A stretch of 64,000 nt of DNA from Octopus vulgaris (lineage: Eukaryota). Under the pieces are notes generated by a model. That model was not told the DNA's origin and made no database searches. It saw only the letters and a program-made list of their open reading frames with translations. This document shows positions 39,726 to 52,889 of this stretch, piece after piece. The translations under genes and the position numbers were made by a program. Numbering within the stretch: position 1 is the stretch's first letter; each line of letters starts with the position of its first letter. The stretch is taken from positions 53,878,001 to 53,942,000 of the forward strand of contig OX597827.1 in assembly GCA_951406725.2 (NCBI GenBank), written 5' to 3'.

Positions 39726-40807
39726 TAGTTATCGCCAAGCTAACATGGCAATCCAGAAAAATAACATGAATGCTGCCGTTGATTAGCTCCAAGAGGCCAT
39801 TGGTGTCTTTTACCAAACCGCTAAGTTATGAGGATGTAAACACACCAGCATCGGTTGTCAAGCGATGTTGGTAGGGGGAGGGGACAAACACAGACACACA
39901 CACACATATATATATACGATGGGCTTCTTTCAGTTTCCGTCTGCCAAATCCACTCACAAGGCATTGGTCAGCCTGAGGTTATAGTAGAAGACACTTGCGC
40001 AAGGTGCCACGCAGTGTGACTGATCCCGGAACAATGTGGTTGGCAAGCAAGCTACTTACCACACAATAATATATAAATGCATATATATATTATTTAAATT
40101 GTTATATGATTGAATGCCACACATCCTTTTCCAAGTAAGTTTTATCTACCTACCCGCCTACCAACCTACATACATACGTATTTATATAAGGATTTCACAT
40201 AGTTTTCCCTCTTCAAAATTCCACACACAAACCATGTCAACCAAAGTTTATGATAGAAGCCCATAACTTTGGTCGTCTGTGCTCAAGATTGAATTTGCAG
40301 ATATCACCTTGCAGGGCACGAACTTGCAATGTAAATGTCTTGCTACTATCTAAATAAAATACCACAGGAATTTTGTTCGACGCTCTGACGATTTTGTGAA
40401 GGAAAACAAAAAAGCAAAGGCTTTTTATCACAGGGGTGGAGTCTAGGACTAACCAACAAAGAATATCTTTCCTAATTTTCTTCTAAAGGCGGCAGAAACG
40501 TTAGTGCATCGGGCGAAATGTTTACAGTATTTTGTCTGTCTTCATGTTCTGAGTTCAAATTCCGCCGAGGTTGACTTTACCTTTCACCCTTCGAGCTTAA
40601 TAAATTTAGTACCAGTTGCGTACTGGTATCAATCTAATCGACTGGCCGCCTCCCCCAAAATTTCGGGCCTTGTGCCGAGAGTAGAAAAGAATATTTTTCT
40701 ACCGCTCCTCTCTCTATGTTCTGTTTAATTCTTTCAGCTGTTTTTAGTCTTTTTCTTCCTTCTATTTCACTGTTTTCCCCTTTCTTCTCTTCCAGCCTCG
40801 TATATTC

Positions 40808-40845
<38 letters not shown>

Positions 40846-41288
40846 CCACTTTTCCTCCCATTATTTCTTCCTACTTGCCACTTCATTCACTCCCCTTTTA
40901 CTGTCCATCTTTAACTTTTCTTTGTTTTCAATGATCCTCCCTTATCACATCCTTTCTCATCTCACTCGTATGCTACCCGCCCCGTTCACTCTTTCTGTTT
41001 TGCTTACTTTCTTTCCTGCCTTGTCTCTTTTCTTCCTTACTTCTTTCCATTTTCACTCCCCTTCCTCTATTCATCCATCTTTCTCTCTATATTTTCTGTC
41101 TTTCTATGATTACCTCTTCTTTGCACATCCCCCCCCAAACTTTCTATTCTGTCTTTTTCTCCTTACTCTTTCTCTTTATCTTCTTACCCCCTTTATACTC
41201 TTTTTCCTCCCCTTCTCTTTCTGTCTTTTCTTACTCTCTTACCACCTCTGTTAAGGAGAAAGAGTCCAATATAAGTTGACAACAACGT

Positions 41289-41324
41289 CACATGGGTGAC
41301 TGAGTCACCCACGTGGTTTGCTAG
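41289..41324 (+). mobile_element. Helitron-like 3' terminus (hairpin plus CTAG)
   Basis: CACATGGGTGAC-TGA-GTCACCCACGTG followed by GTTTGCTAG. Confidence 0.55.
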
Positions 41325-41999
41325 ACAAACGCAGTAACTCCACCCACTTCTCCATATGATCAATGTTTTCATTTTAATGTGCTTTCGTGATCGTCTTCAT
41401 TCCGTTTTATTTTCCTTTCCTCTTTCCCCCTTACGCTTCATAGCAACAAAACCTTTTAACAGTCGCGCGCCTCTTGATAATGTGTGAAAAATCCAAGCGC
41501 ATAGGAACAGACATCGGTGTTTACGAGTGTCTGCGTACGTGTGTATGAGCGCACGTTTCTGTATCTGTGTGTGCGATTGTATCATGTATAAACAAAATAC
41601 AATGAACCAATATCTGTTTCCAAACACCAATGAAAATTTAAAATATATTAACAAATAAATGCCTCAGCATGGCTGCAAGTCTAATCATTGAAACAAGTAA
41701 AAGAAATATATTAAAAAAGAATGCAAAGTTAATTGAAATACTTAATTTAAACACTCAGTTCTCAAAATGATTTTAATTAACACTTATGTATTGCTTCGGG
41801 AATAATCTATGCACATTTCTTACACTTCTGAATGTATAGGGATCGAAGAATCAGTAAAATACCGGAGAAAATATTGCATTACATCCCTATGTTCTGAGTT
41901 CAAATTATGTCGAGGTGACTGCCTTTCTTCTTTCTGAAATCGATAAAATAATGTACGCCTTTCTATCACCTCTATGAAGTGTATGTGTAGTTTATCAGA

Positions 42000-43056
42000 T
42001 TGCTAGAAATAGCAGTCAAGTCTTCTTTAAACTTCTCTTCACTATCCTTAGAGAAGGAACACATTGGTAATGTAGTCCTAGATGCACAATGTCTCTATAA
42101 GATGGAATGATCATAACTGGAACTCTTTCAATCGAATATATGAAGAATAAAGGGCTAACTTTGAAGTTCTATATAAAAACATTCGCGGTCGTCTGCCAGT
42201 TAGAAATATTACTCCATGCTGTCATAGCTTCTTCTTTTTTTTTTTTTTTTTTTACTTTGTCCTCGTGTTATATATGGTTGTGCGCGTGCGAGAGAGATGA
42301 CATTCTATCTATTTTGTTTTGCTCGTGTTGGTCTGGTTTCGCAGTTCCTTTGTATTTCAGATTACATTTACCAAGAAAAATATTTCAAAAACAATATTTT
42401 CCCTTCCCCCAGTCTAAATGTTTTGACAATGTGAAAGAAAAATAAAAGCGCTCAACTCGCCATCTTTATTCCCGTGAGAGACGTGGTGGTGGTAAGGGCT
42501 CTATGTAGCCATTCAACCAGCCAAATTTTTCTCCAAATACCACTTTACTGTCATAACAAGGTACACGTTGAATAACAAGATCTTGAGTTTCTTGCATACA
42601 AAGAAGAGACTGCATTTTCCCGGCTGGAATGCATCATAAGTCTCCACGATCAAGGTTGACAATAATACCTTCCATGAGGCAACGGGGAAGACCTCCGGGT
42701 AATCTCTAGAAATAGCAGTCAAATCTCTTTGTAATCACAACCGTCTTCAATGGGGGAGAGTCCTAAATACACCATTTAAATGACAGGATAGTCACAGCTG
42801 GAACGCCTCTGATCATCGTAGATCAATCCGAAATTAGGTGAAACAACAACTCCATCATCAAAAACCAATGAACAATCCTCTACTGCTACTCGACTTGCAA
42901 GAAACTGCAGCCAAGTCTTCAAATCACATATCCTATTGAAAGAAGAACACATTGTTTAATAGCGTCGTTGATATGTAATTCCAGAAAGAAGAACATCTTT
43001 GATCAAAGATCTGCTCAGTTAGGACTAACCTAGCGTTAAATAACAACAACAACAAC
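42000..43056 (+). repeat. Three diverged copies of an old interspersed repeat with (AAC)n tail
   Basis: Variants of CTAGAAATAGCAGTCAA... at 42003, 42706 and 42897; also at about 1860-2050 (-), 24690, 36510, 46700-46960 (-) and 50349. Confidence 0.7.
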
Positions 43057-44056
43057 CATTAACATCAAAGAAATACGAGCGTTGACAAGCGAAATGACAA
43101 ATAATGATGACAAGGAAAACCTGTGAGGGAAGAGGCGGATCCTGATAGAGTGACAGACAGACAGGTGGGCTGTACCAACATAAATTGATAGGCGTGAATT
43201 AAGCTGGTGACATCCTCCTCGCTTTAAATTTCTCGTGTTTTTTTTTTACTTGTTTCAGTTTTTTTTAAGCTTGGTACCTATTCAGTTGGTTTTTTCTGCT
43301 GAACCGCTAAGTTATTGGGGACGAAAACAAACGGTGGTAAAGGACAAAAACAAAGATACACATATAGACACACACACTCACAGACACATACTTTACATAC
43401 TCACACGCACACACACACATGTATATAATTCATATAAATATATCTTACATATAATACAACGTAATGCGAGCGCTCTCGGTCCCACTGGTAGAGGGAAACT
43501 GAAACAACACATGGAGTAGGAGTGAGTGACACCCAGAGTCGCTAAATGCAGGCGAACTGTAATAAGAGGTTTTGGTCGACTTTCGGGGTCGATAAATTAA
43601 GTACCAGTTACGCACTGGGGTCGATGTAATCGACTTAATCCCTTTGTCTGTCCTTGTTTGTCCCCTCTGTGTTTAGCCCCTTGTGGGTAGTAAAGAAATA
43701 GGTATTTTAATCAAAATAAAATTGCAAATTTTTATCGTACATTATATTTAATTTAACAGTTTCATACCCACACACACGTATATAAATATAAGAAACTGAA
43801 TATTAAACTCTTTTGTTTTCAAAATATTATCGTCTGCATAACGATTTTATAAGAGCATACTTACACAAGTGTGCCCCCAACTTTGTTTCCTTGTAACTCC
43901 CAGAAGAATGGATATTTTTAAATGAAAATTTTCAAATACACTCCAGATGGTATAGATTCCGGTTATATCGGAATTTATTGGGGGAAAAAATTCTGTGAAT
44001 GGGGAGAGGAGTTTCGGAAAATTCACATATGTCAGATTTGTTTCCTTATAACTTTC

Positions 44057-44196
44057 TGTTGTGTGGGCGCCCCCAGACGATGAAGTAGGTTAGCCCAATA
44101 CGTAGATATAGAGGGAGAAGTCTAGACGTCGGGAGTGGAGAGTAGAATAGAGTAGAGAGGGGTTGAGCAGAGGTCATCCGAACGTGCGACATAACA
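44057..44196. mobile_element. 140-bp solo LTR with 5-bp TSD
   Basis: CTTTC-TGTTGTGT...ACATAACA-CTTTC: TG..CA ends, imperfect 8-bp terminal inverted repeat, exact TSD; GC-richer than its flanks. Confidence 0.85.
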
Positions 44197-44795
44197 CTTT
44201 CAGAAAAATTGATATCTTTTCAATGAAAATTTCTACAAATAGCTCTGAGACTACGTAGGTTACGATTATATTGCAATTTAATAAAAAAAAAAACAAAAAA
44301 AAACAAAGAAAAAAGGTTGGCTCGCACCACATACATACTGACATCACTATATCTACAAAATGAAACTTGAAATTTCGAAAAAAAAAATGCGATATACGTC
44401 AGCATGTATGTGTGTGCTCACCATTTTTCTTTCAATTACCGTCTATGAAATTTAATCACGCGCTTTTGGTGGACCTGGGACTAATGATAGAAGACACTTG
44501 CCGAAGGTGCGACACAGTGGGACTGAACCCAGAATCATATGGTTAGGAAGCGAGCTTCCTACCACACAGCCATTTTTGCGGCTATGTATGTATGTATGTA
44601 GGTATGTGTGTGCGTGTGATTTTTGTTTGTGTTTAAATTGCTAGAAGAACAAGACTTTTTGAGTTAAGAGAGTTCCCGGTGTTTGTAAATATGCATCTAC
44701 TAACGTAAGAATCTCACATGGAAAACTTTTGTAATGTTTCACAAAACTTCACTGTGCCACAAATAGATTAGATTTGGAGAAACCCAATCTATTAG

Positions 44796-46689
44796 TGTAT
44801 TTACCGTTGGATGCAGTATTTTGGTACAATATGTCGCCCCAATCAGGACAGGCCGAAGAGTCAGTGTCACACAGTGATAGTCAAATACGAATGGCGGCAT
44901 GGGCAGCATCCGAGTAAACCATCAGAATGGCCTGTGGAAAAAAGAGGACCTGCCTTCGTGCAGGTTGGACATGAAGTCTGGGTCAAGCCCCTGAAGGCAC
45001 AGTGTACATCTCAGAGGAACAGTAACGGCTGTTAATTCCAAAGATAACGTCTCTATGTGACACTGACTCTTCAGCCTGTCCTAATTGGGGCGACATTATT
45101 GTACCAAAATACTGCTTCCAGTGGTAAAATGCATCCCCTCTCCGCCGTGGTCTTGATTGTTCGATGATGTTTTTCCACAATACCATTTTCACTCGACCTG
45201 TATGCTGTTCTAAAGAAGAGGTGCACGTTCCACTTATGAACTATCTCCCTCAGTGTCTTCGAACGAAATGCAGTGCCGTTGTCAATCAGCAATTTGTCCA
45301 CAGGACCCAGCTCCAGGAACAGCTCATTCAGGATACGTGCAATCTCGTCTGCAGTGCTCGTCTTCATTTCCCTCGAAATCGCCATCCACCCGGCCTACCG
45401 TCGACCATCGAGAAATACGCCTCCTGCCCGTAGTGCGTCAAATCCATCGCCAATAGTCTCCAGTTGTGCTCTACCAAGTTGTTTCCCTGCTCATGCACAC
45501 CCTGCACATGACACCTCTGCATCACCAAACGAAATCACATCTCCACCAACACTGACACCTCCAAGGCAGTTGATCACGTCCATGCCCATCACCATGTCAA
45601 TTCCGTCTACCACATGGTCAATCACAATCGCCTCCAACATCAGTACTGTGTGCCGCACTACTATCTCCACGTCGTTGCTACCTTTACAATCTCATTTCGC
45701 GGCCGTCAACCGCCTGAACACTACTCGGTCCCTTCTATTTTCATATCATCCTCAGGGTCACGAGAGACGTCATACAGTCCATATCCATGAGGGCTTTGAG
45801 TGTTTTTGCCCCAACCAAGACTGCAGCTACGAGCGCCTCTACTTGCTTGCGGGGGAAGTTTGAGAGACAGCAACTTCCTCATGGCTTTTTCCCTGGCTGT
45901 AGTTTTGAGCGATATGCCCAGTCTGCTTGCACCGGTAGCAAACAGGTCCAGGTTTCGTCTCCGCGCAGTCCCTTGCTATGTGCGGTCCCTGGCACTTGAA
46001 GTCCCGATCCATGAACGGTCGCTGTCGCTCCACAGCAGTTTTCTTCCCCTCGTTCTTTACCGGTCATTGCACTATGCCGCAGGCTTCGACAGCTGCCATC
46101 AGCACTGCCTTCGACATGCGGACTTGAACGATGAGCTCGCTCATAACCATTTTCTCGATGTCTAGCATTTATTGCGGTCGCACTGATATGTCATCGAAAA
46201 AGTCATTTACGAAGGCCAGTCATGCCGCCTTCTCTAGACCCTCTCCGGTAAAACCGGATAGCATGGCCAGTCTCCGAACCTCCGTGGCATACTCATCAAC
46301 CTATTCCTGTCCACCTGACCGTTCCTAGCTTAGCAAACGCGGTATATGTTCCTTCTGTAGGCTTCCTTCAAGCGCTGCTCAATTTTCGCCGACATCTAGT
46401 AGAAATGGGACAACAATGGGAAAATATATTTATACACGAGAGCCGAAATAGCTTGTGGTACGAGGGAATTATAATGCGAGGAAATAAGATACGGTCCACC
46501 TACCTCTCAGTGTCGGCTGTCCAGCTGTGCTAAGTCGGCGATGTACCGTAAGTTTGCCCCAAAAAGTTCATAAAAGAGCGACGACCCTAGTTTTGCCCCC
46601 CTCGCTTCTCTCTCACCCTTCCTGTTCCGGTCGGGTCCCTTGACCGTTGACGTCACATCCCTTTCCTTCCGGCTCATCCCATCGTCACA
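44796..46689 (-). mobile_element. Gypsy-type LTR retrotransposon remnant (gag-protease-integrase; RT/RNase H deleted)
   Basis: Gag zinc knuckles (FKCQGPHIARDC, CYRCKQTGHIAQN); protease-like KALMDMDCMTSLV; integrase WRLLAMD...LLIDNGTAFRS...NGIVEKHHRTIK. LTR-like non-coding block at about 46398-46689 ending in TCACA. Confidence 0.9.
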
Positions 46690-47196
46690 TTTTTTTTATA
46701 ATGGTCGAGCTTGTTGTTGCGTCCTAGATCCATACTGATTAAACAGAAACTGTCGAAGAAATTCAAACCATAACCATTGTGTGTTTTAGACATAGTTCTT
46801 CTGAGAATCCCCTGTCCATTTGCTCTATGACTGATGAGTTTTAGTCGTTTACATCCGGTTGTATTTTCAGAAAATGTATTGGAGACTTTATTATCTAGCG
46901 TGTCTTTTCTATTTTAAGAGGGTAATGTGTGGTTGAAAAGAGATATGGCTGCTATTTCCTAAATTGAGCAACTATGTATAGTTTTTGGTTTTTGTTGTTG
47001 GAGTTGTTTGTTTTTATATAGTCCTTCATCGCATGGCTAAGACAATAACAGAAACTGAGACGCACTTCAACACATGTATTTATTAATGTATGTATGTCAT
47101 TATTTAGTTTTATTTCGAAATTTCATACCAATAGAAAAAAAGCCGGTTTCTAACCTAGATCCAAGGCGCCTTCATTGGAATTTCAACATCATCAGG

Positions 47197-47227
<31 letters not shown>

Positions 47228-47346
47228 TGTATGTATGTATGTATGTATGTATGTACGTATGTATGTATGTACGTACGTACGCACGCAAGTATGTACGTAC
47301 GTATGTATTATATATTTGTATGAATGCAAGTCCGTATGTACGTACG

Positions 47347-47920
47347 TACAGAGTCTCTCAAAAACGGATACACACATTGAATGATTATTAAAGTCAGCAT
47401 TTATTAGAATACATTTCATTTTCAAAATTTAATAGAATCTATGGACAAATTTTTTTTTTTTTTTTTTCATGAAAGCCAGTTTTCAGACTGATGACTGTTC
47501 TGTCCCACAAAGCATTGTTGGTGACAAAGCAAATGGAATCGAAAACATCAAGATATATTTCATTCAGTATTTGCGTGCATTCTAGTTAAATGGCTGCCCT
47601 CAATTTGTCAAATGTTGCCAGTTTTGTACTGTAAAATTAATTAAGTATCCTCATGACAAAAAAAATAGTTTAGTGGTGCTAAGTCCAGTAAATGTAGAGA
47701 ATATTCTACTGACCTCTTTGTCTAATCTACCAGTTTGGTAAAGTCTCATCATGGCGGGCACTTGGGTTAATATAGAAGTGTGGAGGTGCCTCATCTTGCA
47801 AGAAATAAAACTCCACATCTTTGAAGTCCTCTTGAATGCTTAACATGATACATTGTGGCAGCATGTTCAAGTAAATGGGACGAGTCACAGAGCAATCAAA
47901 ACAAGAATAGACTAGGTTAA
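47347..47920 (-). mobile_element. Tc1/mariner-superfamily transposase remnant
   Basis: Terminal TACAGAGTCTCTCAAAAA; minus-strand YLNML...FYFLQDEAPPH (QQDGAPPH-like). Confidence 0.7.
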
Positions 47921-48427
47921 CTGTGGAGGTTAATTGAGTTAATGTACAAGGGGGTGCTGAACAGTTCCTGACTTTGGGTAAAAGACTTTGGAAGACAGAG
48001 AAACATGTCCAGGAAGTTACTACTGAGAATCGAATACTGTATCTCTCAAATTCTCAGCTGGAATTTAAGAGATACAGGGTTCGATACTCGAGTTGCTCTT
48101 AAAAGACAGGAAAAGTTTTCTAAGCCGTTTTCACAGCTATTCTATGTTTGAGATTTACTTTATTTTATATATATATTTTATCTTTTAATTGCTCTAGTCA
48201 TTTGGTTGCAGCCCTGCTGAGACACCATGTTGAAGAATTTTTAGTGGAATAAATCGATCGCAGTACTTTTGTAAGCCTGGTACTTGTTCTATCATTCTTC
48301 TTTGCTGAACCGTCAAGCCACAGGGATGCAAACAAGCCAGCATTGGTTATCAAGCAGTGGTGAGCGGAACAAAGACACAAACACACACATTTATGTACGA
48401 CGGTCTTCTTTCAGTTTCCATCTACTA

Positions 48428-48712
48428 AGTTGATCCAGACCTTTTTTTGAAGGTCATCACCAGTGACGAATGCTGGTGCTATGGAATTTACAGATGTGGA
48501 AGAGGTCAAAGAAAAAAAAAAAAACCATGGAGGCATTAAAAGGCATCACTTTGGAAGAATTTCAGCACTACTTCAAATAGTGGAAAACACACTTGGACCG
48601 ATGCATTGCTTCAAATGGAGAATACTTTGAAGGCGATAAAAGCATAAGCATATAAAACTAAGTGGTTAAAATAATATTGCGAAATTCCAGTCTCTTTTGG
48701 GTACCCCTTGTG
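48428..48712 (+). mobile_element. Internally deleted mariner 3' remnant
   Basis: KVITSDECWCYG fused to FTDVEEVKE...[19 protein letters not shown], followed by a TIR-like end. Confidence 0.8.
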
Positions 48713-49295
48713 TGTATACATACATACATACATACATACATACATACATACATACATACATACATACATGCATACATACATACACACAGACAGACAGATA
48801 GATAGATAGAAGGTCTTGGGTTCAATTCCTGGTCCAGGTGGTATGTTGTGTCCTTCAGCATCCATGTCATTTTCCATTGCTCTTGTTCAATCAACTGAAA
48901 ACAAGTCTCACTTGTCTACTAATGCAGGCCTCATGGAGGCAATGACTACAGACGAAAACCTAGTGTATGTTTGCATATATGTTTGTATGTAGTGTATGTT
49001 ATTTTGGGTTAAAACCTCACTGTGTGTCACATTTGACAATTGCCTGGAACTAAACAATGCCTTGTGAGTGGAACTTGTACATAAAAACTTCATAGAAACC
49101 TGTCATACATACCTATCAAAACTGGAAGTTAGAAAAATTTATTGGTATTCTCTATTTCACCATTACACATGTTTCATTTGCTAATAGGAATTACAGAGTT
49201 TTGCATGCTAGATAGACATGTAAGGAATTTCTTATTAGAAATTCTTCAGACAGAGAAATCAATACATGTATACATTACATATATACATATATGCA

Positions 49296-49326
<31 letters not shown>

Positions 49327-49609
49327 TTGCATACATATATATGTATGTATATGTATATACTCGTAAACATACATACATATATACATAAGCATACATACAC
49401 ACATGCATGCACATGTGGAGACATATAATCACCTATTTATACACACATCTATCTGTTTTTTAGGGCTTTTTGCTTGTTCTAACAGACATAAAGACACATT
49501 CTTCTTTCTGTATATATGAGGAAATAAGAATAATGATGAATATATAATAAAAATAAATTAACATATTTGATATATGAATATATAATGCATAATAAAAAAT
49601 AATTGGAGT

Positions 49610-50008
49610 AAAAGAAGAGGGAGAAGGAGGAAGAGGAGAAGGAGGGGGTGAGTGGATGAAAAAGAATATGATGTTGAAAAAGATGAAAGAGGAGAAGAAA
49701 AAGAAGAAGAAGAAGGTTAAAGAAGAAAAAAGAAAAAGATGATGGAGAAGGAAAGGAAGGAGGATGTCAAAGAAGAAGTCAAGGAAGAAGAAGAAGAAGA
49801 AGAAGAAGAAGAAGAAGAAGAAGGAGAAGAAGAAGAAGAAGGAGAAGAAGAAGAAGGAGAAGGAGAAGAAGAAGACGGAGAAGAAGAATACAAGGAGAAG
49901 GAGAAGAAGAAGATGGAGAAGAAGAAGAAGAAGAAGAAGAAGAAGAAGAAGAAGAAGAAGAAGAAGAAGAAGAAGAAGAAGAAGAAGAAGAAGAAGAAGA
50001 AGAAGAAG
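49610..50008 (+). repeat. (GAA)n-rich purine tract
   Basis: Long pure GAA run at 49918-50008 plus degenerate units. Confidence 0.95.
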
Positions 50009-50519
50009 CCATTAAGGCCAACTAAACAGTTCAGATAACAGCGTAACTTCCATACATGAATGTGGCCCCCATTTTTTTTTTTTTTGTTAATAAATGGAAG
50101 AATGTTGAGAATCTTCTTGCACATTTCATCCCGTTCATTTCTGCATAATTAATTTCTTGTCTATCAGTCTCGTTTCATTTCTTTCCCATTGAATTAGGCC
50201 ATCGATAAATAGCTGACCATCCCTGTCTAACAAAGGCGGCATTGAACTATAAAGGGAAATTCTGTTTAATAGACTGTACTGTCTCCCTGCATAAATGTTA
50301 GCTACTGTGACTGAGGAAGGGATTCATTACCCCTCAGGCAGTGGTCATGCTAGAAATAGCTGCTGGGTATTCTTCAAAGCAGACCACCCTAATGTCTGAA
50401 TAAAGGAGGATATATGTATAGCAGATCATACATGAAAGATGAAATGTGCTCAGGGAAATGGCTTGGTCAAAGGTCTGCTTCATTAAGGTGACATGGGACC
50501 AAACAACAACAACACAGCA

Positions 50520-50850
50520 TCATCTTTCCCCTCCCCCTCCTTTGCTTCTTTGATGTCCTCTTCCTCTTCTATCTCTTCCTCCTTCTTGTCCTTTTTGACA
50601 TCATCTGTCTTGTCTTTTTCTTCTTCTTTGCCCTCCTCCTTCTCCTACTCCTCCTTGTATTCTTCTTTGGTGTCATCTTCTTCTTTCTTCTCCTTCTTTG
50701 TCTTTTTCTTCTTCTTTTACTTCGTCTGTCTCCTCCTCCTCCATCTTTTTATTCTTCTTCCTCCTCTTCTTCCTTGACTTCTTCTTTGACATCCTCCTTC
50801 CTCTCCTTCTCCATCATCCTTTTCTTTCTTCTTCTTCTTCTTCTTCTTCT

Positions 50851-50885
<35 letters not shown>
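50520..50885 (+). repeat. (TTC)n-rich pyrimidine tract, an inverted relative of 49610-50008
   Basis: Contains the reverse complement of the non-periodic segment GATGATGGAGAAGGA.AGGAAGGAGGATGTCAAAGAAGAAGTCAAGGAAGAAG. Confidence 0.9.
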
Positions 50886-51431
50886 AGCTGCTGCTGCTGC
50901 TTCAGGAGTAATGTTTTATGGTTTCCAAATATAATTAATAAAAAAAAAAATAACAAAAAAAAAACATCATTTGATTATTGTAGGGGTCTGATGAAGCTTT
51001 TGTTTCTGCCAACAGCACCAATTCCTCATCCCCATTACCATTGCAGCTAACACCACCACTACCACCACCACAAGCAGCAGCAACAACAACAACAATAAGT
51101 GCAATTGTCAGCCTTCCAACTCTTTAATGATCACTCAACTGTTCCACCGACACCAAAACTAAACAGCTGGGACTGGAAGAAATAAAAACAAAGAAGGAAG
51201 AGAGAAGCGGAAACAAGAAGGAAGGCAGGTTAAGAAAAACATGGCGATAAAAGAACTACTGCTCCTTGTGTTGTTAATGCAGCTTTGTTGTCATAAACTA
51301 TTGTCCTTTTGATGGTTGGTTATTATGCTGTTTCCATTGCATGGAAGTGGAACCATTAATAACCATATTGATTCTTCAGGCTAGACGTGATACAAGGCCA
51401 ACTCTTCTGTAGGGAGAAACTATAGTTGAAG

Positions 51432-51475
<44 letters not shown>

Positions 51476-51527
51476 GATAGATAGTCAGACAGACAGATAG
51501 ACAGATATGTGTGTGTGTGTTTACATG

Positions 51528-51578
<51 letters not shown>

Positions 51579-51643
51579 GCGTGTGTACCGTTGGCGATTT
51601 TTTTTCCTCTGTTTTCTCTTCTCTGGATCTTTCCTTCTCCTGT

Positions 51644-51678
51644 GTTTCCGACGAAGCGCTCTGCTCGAAACGTTAAAC
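51644..51678 (+). ncRNA. Minimal type-I hammerhead-like motif (degenerate) in a roughly 210-bp repeat at 51572-51780
   Basis: GUUU-CCGACGA-A-GCGC/GCUC-GAAA-CG-UU-AAAC; U4>C and one stem II mismatch. Confidence 0.6.
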
Positions 51679-52051
51679 CCTCCTTCTTTCCTTCTTTCTT
51701 GAGTGTCCAATAATACTATATTTGTTCCACGTCCTTGCGTTGTTGTGTTTTTTTGTGCTTTCATGTTTGGATTAACTTTATGTCTGTATGTATGTATGTA
51801 TGTATGTATGTATATATATATCGGTGCGATTGGTTTTGTTAAGCGGTGTCGAGTTTTACACTTCAGTAAATAATAATAATGGTATTTTTTATAAGCTTAA
51901 ATTTTTATAGCGATCATCGTGCAAATGATTAAGGAAAATAGTCTAGTAATGGGGCATATAAGCCCTCGACAGAAAAAAGTGTATATATATATTCTTTTAT
52001 TCTTTTACTTGTTTCAGTCATCTGACTGTAGTCATGCTGGAGCACTGCTTT

Positions 52052-52765
52052 TATCAGGTCATCCCATAAGTTCTGTCCAATTTTACCTTTTTTAAAATTG
52101 AATGAAATTTAATAGTATTTTAGAATGTCTAATGAAATTAAAAATTATTATTTTTATGCATTTGTGTACATTTAAACTAATTAAATATTTTTTTACAGAA
52201 TAATAGAATTAAAATTTCTTTGATTAAAACCCTTTGTAACATAGAAGTATCCAAAGAGCATTTGAGGCACATAATGCTTTATGAGTACAAAAAAGGAAAC
52301 TCTGCAGCCAAAGCAACTCGAAACATACACTCAGTTTATAGGAAAGAATGCTTGAATGAAAGAACTTGTAGAAGATAGTTTGCAAAATTCAGAAGTGGAG
52401 ATTTCAGTCGTGAAGATGAAGATCGAACAGGACATCCAGTTGAGTTTGATGACAAGCTCCTTGAGGCATTACTTGAAGAAAATCCTGCATTATCAGTTGA
52501 AGAATTGGCAATAAAGCTTAGTTTAAACCACACAACTGTTCGTCGTCATCTTCAACAACTTGGAAAGATTCCTAAACTTGGAAAAGGAGTTCCTCATGAA
52601 TTGTCCAAAGGCAACTGCAAATCCCGAGTTGACATCTGTTCTTCTCTCCATTCTCGCAAACTCATTTCACCCTTTTTGGATAGAGTTGTGACTGGTTACG
52701 AAAAATGTATCTTCTATCAAAATGTTAAAATCGTAAAAGGGAAAAAGCTCAACCTCAACTGAGAA
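52052..52765 (+). mobile_element. Mariner transposase pseudogene, 5' half
   Basis: HLRHIMLYEYKKGNSAAKATRNI...FAKFRSGDFS...GVPHELS...FLDRVVTGYEK (WVPHEL and TGDEKW motifs). Confidence 0.92.
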
Positions 52766-52844
52766 GGGTTAAATTAAAAAGTAAATAAATAAAAATGATA
52801 GTAACGTAGTTCTATATGGAACAGCTATGTTGAAGTGGCAACAA

Positions 52845-52889
<45 letters not shown>

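Noticed and set aside
45273-45863. 196-aa plus-strand ORF
   Set aside because: Antisense to Gypsy protease/integrase sequence.
49717-50956. Poly-E/K/S ORFs
   Set aside because: Translations of GAA/TTC repeats; no splice or codon evidence.
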